Origin: Eubacteriales bacterium
Lineage (GTDB): Bacteria > Bacillota > Clostridia > Oscillospirales > UBA644
Assembly: GCA_045543655.1 (NCBI GenBank)
Contig: JAZPXN010000060.1
Location: forward strand, 5,061-69,060
Length of the DNA stretch: 64,000 nt
Reading direction: 5' to 3'
Made by a program: the position numbers and the translations under genes. This document shows positions 63,643-64,000 of this stretch, piece by piece. Numbering within the stretch: position 1 is the stretch's first letter; each line of letters begins with the position of its first letter. The notes under the pieces were generated by a model that was not told the DNA's origin, did no database searches, and saw nothing but the letters and a program-made list of their open reading frames with translations.

Positions 63643-64000
63643 TTATTTCCGGATGCGGACTTCGCCCAAAACGGAAAGACCGTAGGCGGCAAAATCACTG
63701 CGGCGATTAACGGTGGGCCAGAAAATGGCCTTCACAGCAACGGCAAGAACGGCCAGCACGAAGCCGACGATAGCAAACAGAATTCCCTGAGATACGGGAG
63801 AAACCTTGGCCACAAGACCGCTTTCGTCTTCCGCAGTCTTCTGCCCGACTACGCCGTCGATAAAGCGGACTTCGCAGTCCCCGATCTCTGCGGCGGTTTC
63901 TTCAATAATCTTCTTCTGGGCTTCCATATAGTCGGAAACGATCTGCTGATCCTTTCCGGTCAGGAAAATATGAAGGATGGAAGACCCGGCGGGAACGGAA
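63643..64000 (-). CDS. Wzz/CpsC-type chain-length determinant, C-terminal part (5' end outside window)
   Basis: The frame is open to the window edge (...ILHIFLTGKDQQIVSDYMEAQKK...). The second TM helix is GILFAIVGFVLAVLAVAV, followed by a short tail ending ...LSVLGEVRIRK. Confidence 0.55.
   Translation of the reverse strand, partial: SVPAGSSILHIFLTGKDQQIVSDYMEAQKKIIEETAAEIGDCEVRFIDGVVGQKTAEDESGLVAKVSPVSQGILFAIVGFVLAVLAVAVKAIFWPTVNRRSDFAAYGLSVLGEVRIRK

Overview
This is a densely coded chromosomal segment from a high-GC Firmicute, probably Clostridia/Oscillospirales-like. That guess rests on gene content: CotH, YlmH, DarA, a SipW-type signal peptide, and sigma-A promoters with extended -10 boxes. 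I support about 50 CDSs, one tRNA-Arg(CCG), many near-consensus promoters and many stem-loop terminators. I see no transposase, integrase, prophage genes or CRISPR array.

Content from left to right:
- a TldD/PmbA-like peptidase, cut by the window edge
- an AraC regulator fused in frame to a PHP phosphatase, divergent from an operon of two sugar isomerases and two Gfo/Idh/MocA oxidoreductases
- a lipoprotein gene behind a leader with a terminator
- a 996-aa MacB-like fused ABC ATPase/permease
- three tandem GH123-like (DUF4091) paralogs, then a membrane-anchored CotH kinase
- YlmH
- an SPFH / zinc-ribbon / TPM triad (YdjI/G/H-like)
- prfA and a HAD hydrolase
- potABCD
- tRNA-Arg
- a CPA2 antiporter
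- a fused mannose-6-P isomerase/ROK kinase
- a MarR-controlled efflux island with two ABC exporters and two MATE pumps
- a DUF3048 lipoprotein and an MFS transporter
- an iron/B12-type ABC importer with a siroheme-reductase-like protein
- an ABC exporter + DUF1854 + DarA operon
- a CPBP + GH32-like + twin-PHP operon
- a large secreted TasA-like/beta-helix protein
- AcnX large and small subunits
- a TRIC channel
- the start of a polysaccharide locus: Wzz, a degenerate BY-kinase, a Wzx flippase and a CapD-like dehydratase

The most interesting signal is a perfect 17-bp inverted repeat pair at 54636-54652 and 54925-54941. It brackets 272 bp that carry a near-consensus promoter pointing at the TasA-like surface protein gene. 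This is the architecture of a phase-variable invertible promoter (inverton), but no recombinase is present in the window.

The many very long antisense ORFs in the track are shadow ORFs of high-GC genes and I rejected them.
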